Positions 46,453 through 56,275 of a DNA stretch of 64,000 nucleotides are shown piece by piece; within the stretch, counting starts at the first letter, position 1; each line of letters opens with the position of its first letter. Both the position numbers and the translations under genes were made by a program. A model generated the notes under the pieces. The model worked only from the letters and a program-made list of their open reading frames with translations. It was not told the DNA's origin and made no database searches. This DNA is from Clostridiales bacterium (GTDB lineage Bacteria > Bacillota > Clostridia > Christensenellales > UBA1242), in contig SVIR01000002.1 in NCBI GenBank assembly GCA_015069395.1, positions 82,005 through 146,004 on the forward strand, given 5' to 3'.

Positions 46453-46482
46453 TTGACAAAACACAGGTAATTTTTCTATAAT
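46453..46482 (+). promoter_or_regulatory. Sigma-A-type promoter TTGACA-18-TATAAT for pta-ackA
   Basis: -35 at 46453-58 and -10 at 46477-82. Confidence 0.5.
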
Positions 46483-46589
46483 TAACTTAAGACTTGGTGC
46501 CAAAATTTTTAGCCAAGTTAGTAACAAAAATTTGTCGAATGACATAAATAATATATTTCTAAACTTATTCAAAAAGAATGGAGAAAATT

Positions 46590-47591
46590 ATGTTTGATAT
46601 AAAAAAGTTGATTAAGAAAGCAAAGAAAAAACAAAAAACAATTGTTTTTCCAGAAGTTAGCTTTTCAGATAGGACTGTCGAAGCTGTCAAAATTTTGCAA
46701 AAGAAAAAATATGTCAAGGTTTTGTTGGTTGGTGATGCAAGTGCTTTGATTTTGAGAGATAAGATTTTCGAAGATTTTGATATTGTAAACCCTGTTACTT
46801 TTCCAGATAGAAACAAATTGGTAAAAACCCTCTATGAAAAGAGAAAAGAAAAGGGTATGACAATGGAGCAAGCCGACGAACTTGAAAAAGACCCTTATTA
46901 TTTTGCAACACTTCTTGTTGAATGTGGTTATGCAGATGGAATGGTTGCAGGAGCAGAAGCCTCAACGGCTACGACTGTTAGACCGGCTTTGCAAATAATA
47001 AAGGCAAAAAACAAAAAAGATCCAGTTTCGTCTTGTTTTTTGATGTTTGGCAAAAACAAATTTTTGAAAGGTAAACCTCTTATCTTGTCAGACTGTGGGG
47101 TTCTTGAGAAGCCAGATGCTGATACCTTGGCAGTAATTGCAAGTCAAAGTGTAAAAACTGCAAGAGCACTTGATATAGAACCAAAAGTTGCATTTTTGTC
47201 TTATTCAACAAAAGGCAGTGCAAAAAGCGAAGATGTTGATAAGGTTCGCACAGCTTACGAAAAGTTCAAAAGGAAAGAAAAAGACGTTGTTTGCGATGGA
47301 GAATTGCAATTTGATGCTGCTATGGTGGGTTCGGTTTCAGAACACAAAAGTCCAGAAAGCCCTTTAAAAGGCGATGCAAATGTTTTGGTTTATCCAGATA
47401 TTCAAGCTGGAAATATTTGCTATAAAACTATGCAATATGTTGGTGGATTAACAGCTGTAGGACCAATTTTGCAAGGATTGAGAAAGCCAATAAACGACCT
47501 TTCTCGTGGTTGTAGTGTAAATGACATTGTTTTAGTGAGTATTATAACTGCTTTGCAATGTGAAGATAATAATAAAGGAGATAAAGAATGA
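46590..47591 (+). CDS. pta: Phosphate acetyltransferase
   Basis: TIVFPE...; LSDCG; AFLSYSTKGSA. The ATG at 46590 has GGAG 6 nt upstream. An in-frame ATG at 46578 is the ORF-track start. Confidence 0.9.
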   Translation: MFDIKKLIKKAKKKQKTIVFPEVSFSDRTVEAVKILQKKKYVKVLLVGDASALILRDKIFEDFDIVNPVTFPDRNKLVKTLYEKRKEKGMTMEQADELEKDPYYFATLLVECGYADGMVAGAEASTATTVRPALQIIKAKNKKDPVSSCFLMFGKNKFLKGKPLILSDCGVLEKPDADTLAVIASQSVKTARALDIEPKVAFLSYSTKGSAKSEDVDKVRTAYEKFKRKEKDVVCDGELQFDAAMVGSVSEHKSPESPLKGDANVLVYPDIQAGNICYKTMQYVGGLTAVGPILQGLRKPINDLSRGCSVNDIVLVSIITALQCEDNNKGDKE

Positions 47592-48799
47592 AAATTTTAG
47601 TTATTAATGCAGGAAGTTCTTCATTGAAATATCAACTTCTTGATATGGAGACAGAAAAAGTTATCGCAAAAGGAAATTGTGAAAGAGTTGGGCTTACAGA
47701 GCCTTTCATTACTTATAAACATGATGGAAAAGAAATGCGTTTTGACGGTGCAAAAGACCACGAAGAGGCGATTGCAAAAGTTTTGGATATTCTTACAAAC
47801 GCAGAATATGGCGTAGTAAAGAGTTTGGAAGAGATTGAAGCTGTTGGACACAGACAAGTTATGGGCGCTTGGGTTTATAAAGAAAGTGTGCTTATCACAG
47901 ACGAAGTGATTGAACAATTGAAAAAATTTGACGAACTTGCACCTCTTCACAATCCAGCAAACGTAAAAGGTATGTTGGCTTGCAGAAGAGTTATGCCAAA
48001 TGTTCCACAAGTTGTTATTTTTGATACTGCTTTCCACGCAACTTTGCCAGAAAAGGCGTATATGTATGCTATCAAATATGAAGATTATGAAAAATATCAT
48101 ATTAGAAAATATGGTTTCCATGGTTCAAGTCACAGATTTATCACTTTGGAAACTGCAAGAGTTTTGGGTAAACCAGTTGAAGAAACCTCAGTTATTATTG
48201 CACACATTGGAAATGGATCAAGTGTAACTGCCGTTAAAAATGGAAAAAGTGTGGATACAACAATGGGTCTTACACCTCTTCAAGGTATGGTTATGGGTAC
48301 ACGTTCTGGTGATATTGATCCTACAGTTGTTCAATTCTTGTGCAAAAACAAAGGTTATACAGTTGATCAAGCAGTTTCATATTTAAACAAAGAAAGTGGA
48401 GTTCTTGGAATTACAGGCCTTGACAGTGATATGAGAAATGTTGAAAATGCAGCCGCTAAAGGTGACAAGCGTTGCAGACTTGCACTTGATATGGTTGCTT
48501 ACACAGCAAGAAAGCATATCGGAAGCTATTTAGCAGTGCTTAATGGCGCTGATGCTATCGTGTTTACAGGTGGTGTGGGCGAAAATGGTGCCGAAACAAG
48601 AGAAGATATTATTAGAGATATGGACAATTTGGGCGTTGTTCTTGACAAAGAGAAAAATCTCAATTTCAAGAGAGGTCAAATTGAATGTATCTCTACAGAT
48701 GATTCAAAAGTTAAGATTTTTGTAATTCCTACAAATGAAGAACTTATGATGGCTAGAGATACACAAGATATTGTAAAAAATTTAAAAAAGTCTAAATAA
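47588..48799 (+). CDS. ackA: Acetate kinase
   Basis: MKILVINAGSSSLKYQL, FDTAFH, YGFHGSSH, FTGGVGEN. Confidence 0.95.
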   Translation: MKILVINAGSSSLKYQLLDMETEKVIAKGNCERVGLTEPFITYKHDGKEMRFDGAKDHEEAIAKVLDILTNAEYGVVKSLEEIEAVGHRQVMGAWVYKESVLITDEVIEQLKKFDELAPLHNPANVKGMLACRRVMPNVPQVVIFDTAFHATLPEKAYMYAIKYEDYEKYHIRKYGFHGSSHRFITLETARVLGKPVEETSVIIAHIGNGSSVTAVKNGKSVDTTMGLTPLQGMVMGTRSGDIDPTVVQFLCKNKGYTVDQAVSYLNKESGVLGITGLDSDMRNVENAAAKGDKRCRLALDMVAYTARKHIGSYLAVLNGADAIVFTGGVGENGAETREDIIRDMDNLGVVLDKEKNLNFKRGQIECISTDDSKVKIFVIPTNEELMMARDTQDIVKNLKKSK

Positions 48800-48802
48800 A
48801 AC

Positions 48803-48831
48803 TTGACAAAACTGTTTATTTGAGTTAGAAT
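48803..48831 (+). promoter_or_regulatory. Sigma-A-type promoter TTGACA-17-TAGAAT for rpmF
   Basis: -35 at 48803-08 and -10 at 48826-31. Confidence 0.55.
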
Positions 48832-48873
48832 AGACAAGCAAAGTTATAAATATTTACAAAAAGGAGAATTACA

Positions 48874-49065
48874 ATGGCTGTTCCAAAGGGTAAGGTTTCA
48901 AAACAGAGAAGAAATACAAGAAATTCTGCAAACTTTAAGGCAGAAGCACCAACTCTCGTTGAGTGTCCAAAGTGTCACGAACTTAAAAAGCCTCATACTG
49001 CTTGCAAAAAGTGTGGCACTTACAAAAACAACACTGTTGTTGAAGAAAAAAAGAAGACAAAATAA
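48874..49065 (+). CDS. rpmF: 50S ribosomal protein L32
   Basis: MAVPKGKVSKQRRNTR...CPKCHELKKPHTACKKCG. Confidence 0.9.
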   Translation: MAVPKGKVSKQRRNTRNSANFKAEAPTLVECPKCHELKKPHTACKKCGTYKNNTVVEEKKKTK

Positions 49066-49076
49066 GTTTAAAAATT

Positions 49077-49101
49077 CCAGCAAAAGCTTGCTGGTTTTTT
49101 T
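49077..49101 (+). terminator. Intrinsic terminator after rpmF
   Basis: ccagcaa-aagc-ttgctgg followed by ttttttt. Confidence 0.65.
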
Positions 49102-49184
49102 ATTGCCGAATCCTAGGTTTTTTCGGTATTCTTTTGACTTTTGCAATATTTTTTTGTTATGATTATTATAGGAAAATTAGATTA

Positions 49185-49216
49185 AACAATTTAAGACTTT
49201 AAATTGTTGGTTTTTC
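49185..49216 (+). promoter_or_regulatory. Terminator-like hairpin inside the plsX 5' leader (possible attenuator)
   Basis: aacaatttaa-gact-ttaaattgtt followed by ggtttttctttt. It lies downstream of a TTGCAA-17-TATTAT promoter candidate (49141-49169) and 56 nt before the plsX ATG. Confidence 0.35.
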
Positions 49217-49271
49217 TTTTATGCTTATGATTTAGTGACCGATTGTCAAATTTGATTTATGGAGAGAAAAT

Positions 49272-50288
49272 ATGAAAGTTGTAGTAGATGCTTTTGGTGG
49301 TGATAATGCACCTTTGGAAGTTGTTGAAGGGGCTGTTCTTGCGATAAAACAAAACAAAGACTTGACTGTTGTTTTGACCGGAGACGAAATTAAAATAAAA
49401 GAGATTTTAGGCGATAGAATAGAGAGAATCGAAATTGTTGATGCAAAAGATGTTGTTACAAATGAAGATAGTCCAACGATTGCTATTAGACAGAAAAAAG
49501 ATTCTTCTTTGGTGAGAGCTTTTGATCTTTTGAAAACTGACGAAACTATAATTGGTCTTGTTTCTGCAGGAAGTACTGGTGCTATTTTGGCTGGTGCAAT
49601 TATGAAGATTGGAAGAATTAAAGGAATTTCTCGTCCAGCATTGGCACCAATTTTGCCAACAAAAACTGATAGAGATGTGATTATTGTAGACAGTGGAGCA
49701 AATGTTGATTGTAAGAGTGAAAATTTATTGCACTTTGCTATAATGGGATCGGCCTATTATTCTATAATTGCAGGAGAAAAGGCCCCTAGGGTTGCGCTTT
49801 TAAACAACGGAGCAGAAGAACATAAGGGCAACGAACTTACAAAAGAAACTTATCCACTTATGAAAACTTTGCCTATCAATTTTGTGGGCAATTCTGAAGC
49901 TAGAGAAGTGATGTCTGGAGATGTAGATGTCATTGTTTGTGACGGATTTGCAGGAAATGTTCTTCTTAAAGGCGTTGAAGGAACAGCAAGTGCAATTTTG
50001 TCAACCTTGAAAAAAGAAGTTAAAGCAAGTTTCTGGGCAAAGATTGGTTATCTGTTTATGAAGGGTGCTTTCAAAAAGCTTAAGACAAAGCTTGATATAA
50101 ACAAACACGGTGGAGCGCCATTTTTGGGCTGTAAAAAGTTAATTGTAAAGAATCATGGTTCTTGTGGAAGAGATAATATTTGTGCTTCAATTATGCAAGT
50201 AATTAAATTGCATGAAAACAAACTTAATGAAAAAATTGAAGCTATGATTCAAGATATGACAGGAAAGGTTGGAACTGAAAATGATTGA
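49272..50288 (+). CDS. plsX: Phosphate acyltransferase PlsX
   Basis: MKVVVDAFGGDNAP, SAGSTGA, VCDGFAGN. Confidence 0.9.
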   Translation: MKVVVDAFGGDNAPLEVVEGAVLAIKQNKDLTVVLTGDEIKIKEILGDRIERIEIVDAKDVVTNEDSPTIAIRQKKDSSLVRAFDLLKTDETIIGLVSAGSTGAILAGAIMKIGRIKGISRPALAPILPTKTDRDVIIVDSGANVDCKSENLLHFAIMGSAYYSIIAGEKAPRVALLNNGAEEHKGNELTKETYPLMKTLPINFVGNSEAREVMSGDVDVIVCDGFAGNVLLKGVEGTASAILSTLKKEVKASFWAKIGYLFMKGAFKKLKTKLDINKHGGAPFLGCKKLIVKNHGSCGRDNICASIMQVIKLHENKLNEKIEAMIQDMTGKVGTEND

Positions 50289-50901
50289 TAAAAAAATTGA
50301 CTACGTCTTTAAAGACAGGGCACTTTTAAAAAGAGCTTTAACCCATCCGTCAAAATCTAAGGACAATTATCAAAGATTAGAGTTTTTGGGGGATTCGATT
50401 TTAAACTTTTTGGTTGGGGAATATTTGTTTAAAAATTCTGACAAACAAGAAGGTGAACTCACTGTATTGAGATCAAATTATGTATCTGAAAACCATTTAG
50501 CAGAATGCTTTGATAAAATGGACCTAAGTGAAGATGTAATTGCTGGGAAAAGCCTCAACAAAGAGATTACCTCGGCGATTAAAGGGGATATAATAGAGTC
50601 AATTATTGCAGGAATTTATCTTGATAGTGGGCTTGAAGAAGCGAAAAGATTTATTGTAGAGAAATTGGATATTGAAAATTTTGAATCTGCAAAAAACGAA
50701 AATTATAAGAGCCAGCTCCAAGAACTTGTTCAAGCAAATTTTAAGTGTTCAATAAAATACGAAACAAACAAAATTGAAGATTATTTTGAAGCCAAATTTT
50801 ATATGGACGACGATTGTATAGCGACGGGCTATGGAAAGGATAAAACAAAGGCAGAGCAAAATTGTGCATATGTTGCGTTAAACAAATTGTTTGTGGACTA
50901 A
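50281..50901 (+). CDS. rnc: Ribonuclease III
   Basis: ALTHPS...YQRLEFLGDSILNF signature. C-terminal dsRBD (YKSQLQELVQ...AEQNCAYVALNKL). Confidence 0.9.
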   Translation: MIDKKIDYVFKDRALLKRALTHPSKSKDNYQRLEFLGDSILNFLVGEYLFKNSDKQEGELTVLRSNYVSENHLAECFDKMDLSEDVIAGKSLNKEITSAIKGDIIESIIAGIYLDSGLEEAKRFIVEKLDIENFESAKNENYKSQLQELVQANFKCSIKYETNKIEDYFEAKFYMDDDCIATGYGKDKTKAEQNCAYVALNKLFVD

Positions 50902-50916
50902 ACAAAAGGTGAGATT

Positions 50917-53900
50917 ATGTATTTTAAGAAGATTGAAATGATAGGTTTTAAATCGTTTGCTGACAGAACCGTTATTGAATTTAACGGTGGTTTCACTGCG
51001 ATTGTAGGACCAAACGGCTGTGGAAAAAGTAACGTTTCGGACGCTATACGTTGGGTTTTGGGTGAACAAAGCGCAAAATCTTTGCGTGGAGACAATATGC
51101 AAGATGTTATCTTTAAAGGCACAGAAAAGAGAAAGAGTTTGTCTTATTGTGAGGTTACACTCACGTTTGATAATACTGATAGGTTTTTCAACATAGCATA
51201 TGACGAGTTGAGCATTACAAGAAAGCTTTATCGTTCTGGTGAAAGTGAATATCAAATCAACAAAAATACTTGTCGTTTGAGAGATATTACAGACATTTTG
51301 TTTGATAGTGGTATCGGCAAAAATGGTTATTCTGTAATCGGACAAGGCAAGGTAAGCGAAATTGTTGATGAAAAGCCAGAAGAACGTCGTGCGATGTTTG
51401 AAGAAGCTGCCGGTATTGCTAAGTTTAAGTCAAGAAAAGACGAAGCTGAGAGAAAACTTGAAAGAACTAGAGACAATTTGACAAGAATTGACGATATTAG
51501 AGCCGAAATTGATAGACAAATGGGGCCTTTGAGAAAACAAGCTGAAGACGCTAAAAAATATTTGGAATACAAAGGTCAGCTTAAAGATTTGGAAGTAAAC
51601 GCTTATGTATTCCAGTATGAAAATGCAAACGTAGTAAAAGACGAGATCAAACAGAAGTTGCAAGCGATTGAAGAAGAGTTGTTTGCAAGACAAACAGATC
51701 TTGAAAACATAACTCGAAACTATGCTGAAGAGATGGATAGATTGTCAGATTATGACAAGCAAATCGCAAGTTTGAATGATGAATTGTTGCGCTTAACAGT
51801 TGAACTTGAAAAACAAGAAGGCGAAACAAAAGTTGCTAGAGAAAGAATCAACTATACTCAAAAAGAAAATGATAGAATCAATCTTGATATCACAAATGCT
51901 AAGGTTGTTATTGAGACTTGCGAGGAGCAAGAAGTGGAAAAAGGACAAGAACTTCAAGCTCTTAACGACAAGCTTAATGTTTTGAATTCTACTTATGAAG
52001 AAATGTCAAACAAGCACTTGCAAATTGTTGACGAAATGTCTTTGAGCGAAACAGAAGCAGGACAATCACAACAAAAAATCATTGAAACATTGGGTTCTTT
52101 GTCGGATATTCGAAGCAGTTTGTCAAGGCTTGAAGCAGAAAAAACATTGCTTTTGCAAAACAGGGAAAACCTTGAGAAAAACCTTAAAGAAGTGGGATTG
52201 AAACTTGAAGCTGTTAAGGATTTGCAAGAAAATAGTATGAAACTTATCAATTCAAGCAAAGAAGAATATCAAACTATAAAACAACAACACGAAGAAGTTT
52301 CTGGTAGAATCTTTGTCGGAACTCGTGATGTTTCAGAACTTGAAACCGAAAAAGCAAACTTGACTACACAAGTTAAGGTATACGAAAACAGAAAGAAACT
52401 TCTCATTGAAATGCAAGCTGAATATGAAGGTTATGCTCATAGCGTAAGAAAAATCTTGAAAGAAAGCGAAAGAAACTCTGAAATGAATAAAAAAATGGTT
52501 GGGGTTTTGGCTTCATTGATAAAGGTTCCTGCACAATATGAAACGGCGATTGAGGTTGCTTTGGGCAATGCTGTTCAAAATATTGTAACTTATGACGAAA
52601 ACAACGCAAAAGACCTTATTGCTTTCTTGAAAGAAAACAAATATGGCCGTGCGACTTTCTTGCCAATTAGCAGTATGCGTCGTAGAGATATGGACGAACG
52701 TTCAATTGCTGGCAGAAAAGGTGTTTTTGGGGTTGCTAGCAAGCTTATTTCTTATGATAAACAAATCGACAATGTGGTAAGCAACTTGCTTGGAGGAACT
52801 GTTATTGTTGACACTCTTGCCACAGCTGTGGATTTGGCTAGAGACAATAAATTTTCTTTCAAGATTGTTACATTGGAAGGCGACGTTGTAAGCACACAAG
52901 GATCTTTGACAGGAGGAAGTAAGAAGAGTGAAATTACAAACCTTATTTCTCGTCAAAGAGAAATTGAGACTTTGACAACAGAAATTGACAATTTGAATCA
53001 AAAAGAATACGAAATCAAAAACAAGATTGACTATTTGAAAGTTGATCTAAATGCTTCAAAACAAAGCGAAAAACAGATAGCTGAACAAAAGAACGAACTT
53101 GAGATTAGATTGGCTAAAGAACAAGAAAAACTTGAATCTATCAATAAAGACTTGGAAGAATTGGAAGACGAAAAGAAATTATACGAAATGGAAAAGACTT
53201 CTGTTTCAAACAAACTTAATTTGATAGAACAAGATTTGTCTCAATCTAGTTTGGTGCAAAATGCGTTGAGCGGAAACAAAGAAGACGCAGACATATTAGT
53301 TAAGCAAAAACAAGAAAGATACAATCAAATTAGAAAAGAAAGAGACGAAATTGTTTCAAATATGACGACAGTTAAGGTTGAAATCGCATCTTGTGAGGCT
53401 AAAATTAAAGCGTTAAATGACGAACTTGACAGAATCTTAGTGGAGAAAGATAGGCAAACGGCAAATATTGAAACTTTGTCTGCTCACTTGTCTGAAAATG
53501 AAAAGTTTATTGCAAATGCAGAAGAAATGATAAGAGTTCAAATAGAAAACGCTAAACCTTCTATGGCAAAAGACAATTTACAAAAAATTAGAAGAGATAG
53601 AGAAAATCTTGAAAACAGCAAAATTGCTATTTCTGCCCATATTAAGAAATTGGACGATGACAAGACTGTAACAATGGGAGAAATTGCCAAGGTAAACGAC
53701 AAAAAATATCGTGAAGAGGCGAATTTGACCAAAGTTGATACAGAACTTGAAGCAATGCAAGAAAGAATCTATGAAGAGTATAGTCTGACTTATAATGGCT
53801 GTCTTGAGTTCAGACGTCCAGATTTTGAAATAAAAGAGGCTCTTATCAGCATAAATAAGCTCAAAAAAGACATTTCTGCTTTGGGTTATGTAAATGTTCA

Positions 53901-54504
53901 CGCTATAGAAGATTGTTCGACATTGCTTGAAAGATACAACGATATGACAACTCAAGCAGACGATTTGAGAAAAGCAGAAGATGACTTGGTTAAGATCATT
54001 AAAGACTTATCAAGCGAAATGCTTACAAAATTTAATGACGAGTTTGAAAAGATTAATGAAAGCTTTAAAATCGTATTTAAAGAATTATTTGGTGGTGGAA
54101 ATGCCCGTTTGGAACTTACAGAAGCTGAAGATCCATTGAATGCCGGCGTTGAAATTATGGTGCAACTTCCAGGAAAGGCAGCAAACAAGCTTTCATTGTT
54201 GAGTGGTGGAGAGAAAACACTTACAGCAATAGCTTTGCTCTTCTCAATTTTGAGACTTAAACCATTGCCATTCTCTTTGTTAGATGAAATTGAAGCTGCT
54301 TTGGACGATGCAAACATTGAAAGATTTGCAACATATTTGAAAAAGTTGTCACAATCTACACAATTTATTGTTATTACGCACAGAAAGCCAACTATGGAAC
54401 TTTCAGACAGTCTTTTCGGGGTTACTATGGAAGAAAAGGGTGTGTCTAAGACTGTTTCTGTTAAACTTGCAGACGCTATTAGACAAGTTGAAGAAGCGAA
54501 TTAA
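50917..54504 (+). CDS. smc: Chromosome partition protein SMC
   Basis: FKSFADRT...GPNGCGKSN. Long coiled coils and a hinge. LSGGEKTLTAIALLF...LLDEIEAALD. Confidence 0.95.
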   Translation: MYFKKIEMIGFKSFADRTVIEFNGGFTAIVGPNGCGKSNVSDAIRWVLGEQSAKSLRGDNMQDVIFKGTEKRKSLSYCEVTLTFDNTDRFFNIAYDELSITRKLYRSGESEYQINKNTCRLRDITDILFDSGIGKNGYSVIGQGKVSEIVDEKPEERRAMFEEAAGIAKFKSRKDEAERKLERTRDNLTRIDDIRAEIDRQMGPLRKQAEDAKKYLEYKGQLKDLEVNAYVFQYENANVVKDEIKQKLQAIEEELFARQTDLENITRNYAEEMDRLSDYDKQIASLNDELLRLTVELEKQEGETKVARERINYTQKENDRINLDITNAKVVIETCEEQEVEKGQELQALNDKLNVLNSTYEEMSNKHLQIVDEMSLSETEAGQSQQKIIETLGSLSDIRSSLSRLEAEKTLLLQNRENLEKNLKEVGLKLEAVKDLQENSMKLINSSKEEYQTIKQQHEEVSGRIFVGTRDVSELETEKANLTTQVKVYENRKKLLIEMQAEYEGYAHSVRKILKESERNSEMNKKMVGVLASLIKVPAQYETAIEVALGNAVQNIVTYDENNAKDLIAFLKENKYGRATFLPISSMRRRDMDERSIAGRKGVFGVASKLISYDKQIDNVVSNLLGGTVIVDTLATAVDLARDNKFSFKIVTLEGDVVSTQGSLTGGSKKSEITNLISRQREIETLTTEIDNLNQKEYEIKNKIDYLKVDLNASKQSEKQIAEQKNELEIRLAKEQEKLESINKDLEELEDEKKLYEMEKTSVSNKLNLIEQDLSQSSLVQNALSGNKEDADILVKQKQERYNQIRKERDEIVSNMTTVKVEIASCEAKIKALNDELDRILVEKDRQTANIETLSAHLSENEKFIANAEEMIRVQIENAKPSMAKDNLQKIRRDRENLENSKIAISAHIKKLDDDKTVTMGEIAKVNDKKYREEANLTKVDTELEAMQERIYEEYSLTYNGCLEFRRPDFEIKEALISINKLKKDISALGYVNVHAIEDCSTLLERYNDMTTQADDLRKAEDDLVKIIKDLSSEMLTKFNDEFEKINESFKIVFKELFGGGNARLELTEAEDPLNAGVEIMVQLPGKAANKLSLLSGGEKTLTAIALLFSILRLKPLPFSLLDEIEAALDDANIERFATYLKKLSQSTQFIVITHRKPTMELSDSLFGVTMEEKGVSKTVSVKLADAIRQVEEAN

Positions 54505-54516
54505 AACGAGGTAAAA

Positions 54517-55413
54517 ATGGGATTTTTCAAAAAGATTGGTCAAGCATTAAAAAAGACGAAAGAGGCTTGGACTAGAAAGATTGATGCTCTTCTTAGTAAA
54601 GGAGAGATTGACGACGAATTGTTTGACGACTTGACAGATATTTTGATTTCTTGTGATATAGGTGTTAAAGCTTCACTAGAAATTGTTGAAGATTTGAGAA
54701 CAGAGTGTCACAAGAAAAAAATTCGTACGGCAGAAGGAGTTAAACAACAACTCAAAGAAAATTTGGAAAGTTATTTTGAAGATGCTCCCCAAATTGAAAT
54801 TGATTATCCTGCAATAATAACCATCATAGGTGTAAATGGTGTAGGCAAGACCACAACTATCGGTAAGATGGCAAATTATTTTAAAGAGAACAAGAAGTCT
54901 GTAACTCTTGTAGCAGGAGACACTTTTAGAGCTGCTGCATCTTCACAACTCAACGAGTGGGCAGGCAGAACGAAAACTAGAATTATCAAACACGCAGAAG
55001 GTGCTGATGCTGCTGCTGTTGTGTATGATGGAATTGCTAGTGCAAAAGCAAATAAAACAGAAGTTTTGATTGTAGACACAGCAGGAAGATTGCATACAAA
55101 AACAAATCTTATGGAAGAGCTTAAAAAGATTGAAAGAATAGTTGACAGAGAATATCCAGAAGCCCACAAATACAACTTCATTGTTTTGGATGCCACAACG
55201 GGGCAAAACGCTTTATCTCAAATCAACGCATTCGCAGAATATGTTCAAATAGATGGAATTGTATTGACAAAGCTTGATGGGACTGCCAAAGGTGGGGTTG
55301 TAATTGCAATTGAAAAAGAATATAAATTGCCAGTTGCTTTTGTGGGCACTGGTGAAGGAATAAACGATTTGGAATTTTTTGACGCCAAAGAGTTTGTTGA
55401 GAGCTTGTTCTAA
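54517..55413 (+). CDS. ftsY: Signal recognition particle receptor FtsY (short form, no acidic A domain)
   Basis: GVNGVGKTTTIGK, AGDTFRAAA, DTAGRLH, LTKLDGTAKGG. Confidence 0.95.
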   Translation: MGFFKKIGQALKKTKEAWTRKIDALLSKGEIDDELFDDLTDILISCDIGVKASLEIVEDLRTECHKKKIRTAEGVKQQLKENLESYFEDAPQIEIDYPAIITIIGVNGVGKTTTIGKMANYFKENKKSVTLVAGDTFRAAASSQLNEWAGRTKTRIIKHAEGADAAAVVYDGIASAKANKTEVLIVDTAGRLHTKTNLMEELKKIERIVDREYPEAHKYNFIVLDATTGQNALSQINAFAEYVQIDGIVLTKLDGTAKGGVVIAIEKEYKLPVAFVGTGEGINDLEFFDAKEFVESLF

Positions 55414-55438
55414 CCGTAGTGTAGTATGCTATGAATAA

Positions 55439-55456
55439 TACACAATATATTGTGTA
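55439..55456. repeat. Perfect 18-bp palindrome TACACAATATATTGTGTA in the ftsY 3' region
   Basis: Read directly from the sequence. It lies between the ftsY stop (55413) and the ftsY terminator hairpin. Confidence 0.9.
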
Positions 55457-55480
55457 CTATGCAAAAATGATATGACAATA

Positions 55481-55516
55481 AAAAGACTTGCAAGTTTATT
55501 GCTTGTCTTTTTTTAT
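55481..55516 (+). terminator. Intrinsic terminator after ftsY
   Basis: aagac(tt)gcaa-gttta-ttgc(tt)gtctt with a 2x2 internal loop, followed by a T-run. Confidence 0.5.
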
Positions 55517-55576
55517 TTTTCAAAATTTGGCAAAATCTGACAAAAATCAACATATAAGATTCCATAGGGAGTTTTT

Positions 55577-56275
55577 ATGGTTTTTGAAAGTTTTAGTTAT
55601 TTTATGAGTAGAATCTGTTTGTTTTCAAATTATGTGCAAACAGCAAATGGTTTTCCAAAACCTCTTTCACCAGAAGAAGAAAGAGAGGCTTTCGAAAAAA
55701 TGAAACAGGGCGATGAGAGTGCGAGAGAAAAACTTATTAGCCACAATTTAAGACTGGTTGCACATATAGTCAAAAGATACACATATTCATTAGAAGCAGA
55801 TGATTTGCTTTCAGTAGGTACAATTGGGCTTATTAAGGCTATTGATAGCTTTGATTATTCGAAAAAGGTACAGCTTTCTACTTATGCTGCTAGATGTATC
55901 AACAATGAGATTTTGATGTTGATTCGTGCAAACAAAAAGCATAGAAATGTTGTATCACTCAATAGTTTGACGTGCAATAGTGACGACGACAAAGATTTAG
56001 AATTGAAAGATGTTTTGGCTTCAGACGAAGAAGAAATTTTTGAGCAGGTCGAAAACAAATTATTGTTGCAAAAAATCAAAAGCATAATGCAAAGAAAACT
56101 GGACAAAAGGGAGCAAGAAATAATTAAATTGCGTTATGGATTATCTGGAGATAAAGCAATGACGCAAAAAGAAGTTGCAGAAAGATTAGGGATTTCACGC
56201 TCTTATATTTCTCGAATTGAGAACAAAACTTTAAAAGAAATTAGAGAAGAATTTGAGAAGGATAAAACATATTAA
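55577..56275 (+). CDS. sigK: Sporulation sigma factor, pro-sigma-K type (uninterrupted)
   Basis: N-terminus MVFESFSYFMSRICLFSN|YVQTANGFPKPLSPEEE parallels B. subtilis pro-sigma-K ...LVFLVS|YVKNNAFPQPLSSSEE. HNLRLVAHIVKRY. TYAARCINNEILM. Region 4 MTQKEVAERLGISRSYISRIE. Confidence 0.8.
   Translation: MVFESFSYFMSRICLFSNYVQTANGFPKPLSPEEEREAFEKMKQGDESAREKLISHNLRLVAHIVKRYTYSLEADDLLSVGTIGLIKAIDSFDYSKKVQLSTYAARCINNEILMLIRANKKHRNVVSLNSLTCNSDDDKDLELKDVLASDEEEIFEQVENKLLLQKIKSIMQRKLDKREQEIIKLRYGLSGDKAMTQKEVAERLGISRSYISRIENKTLKEIREEFEKDKTY

Noticed and set aside
50917-54504. SMC-family ATPase as a Lamassu/Wadjet-type defence component
   Set aside because: It is a full-length canonical SMC in the conserved rnc-smc-ftsY context, with scpA/scpB present in the same window. 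It is the housekeeping condensin.
55434-55461. Palindrome with an ATATAT centre as a possible dif (XerCD) site
   Set aside because: The arm sequence matches the Bacillus-type XerD arm (TTATGTAAACT) at only about 7 of 11 positions. dif sites are not perfect palindromes. Gene orientation does not switch here, so there is no sign of a replication terminus.
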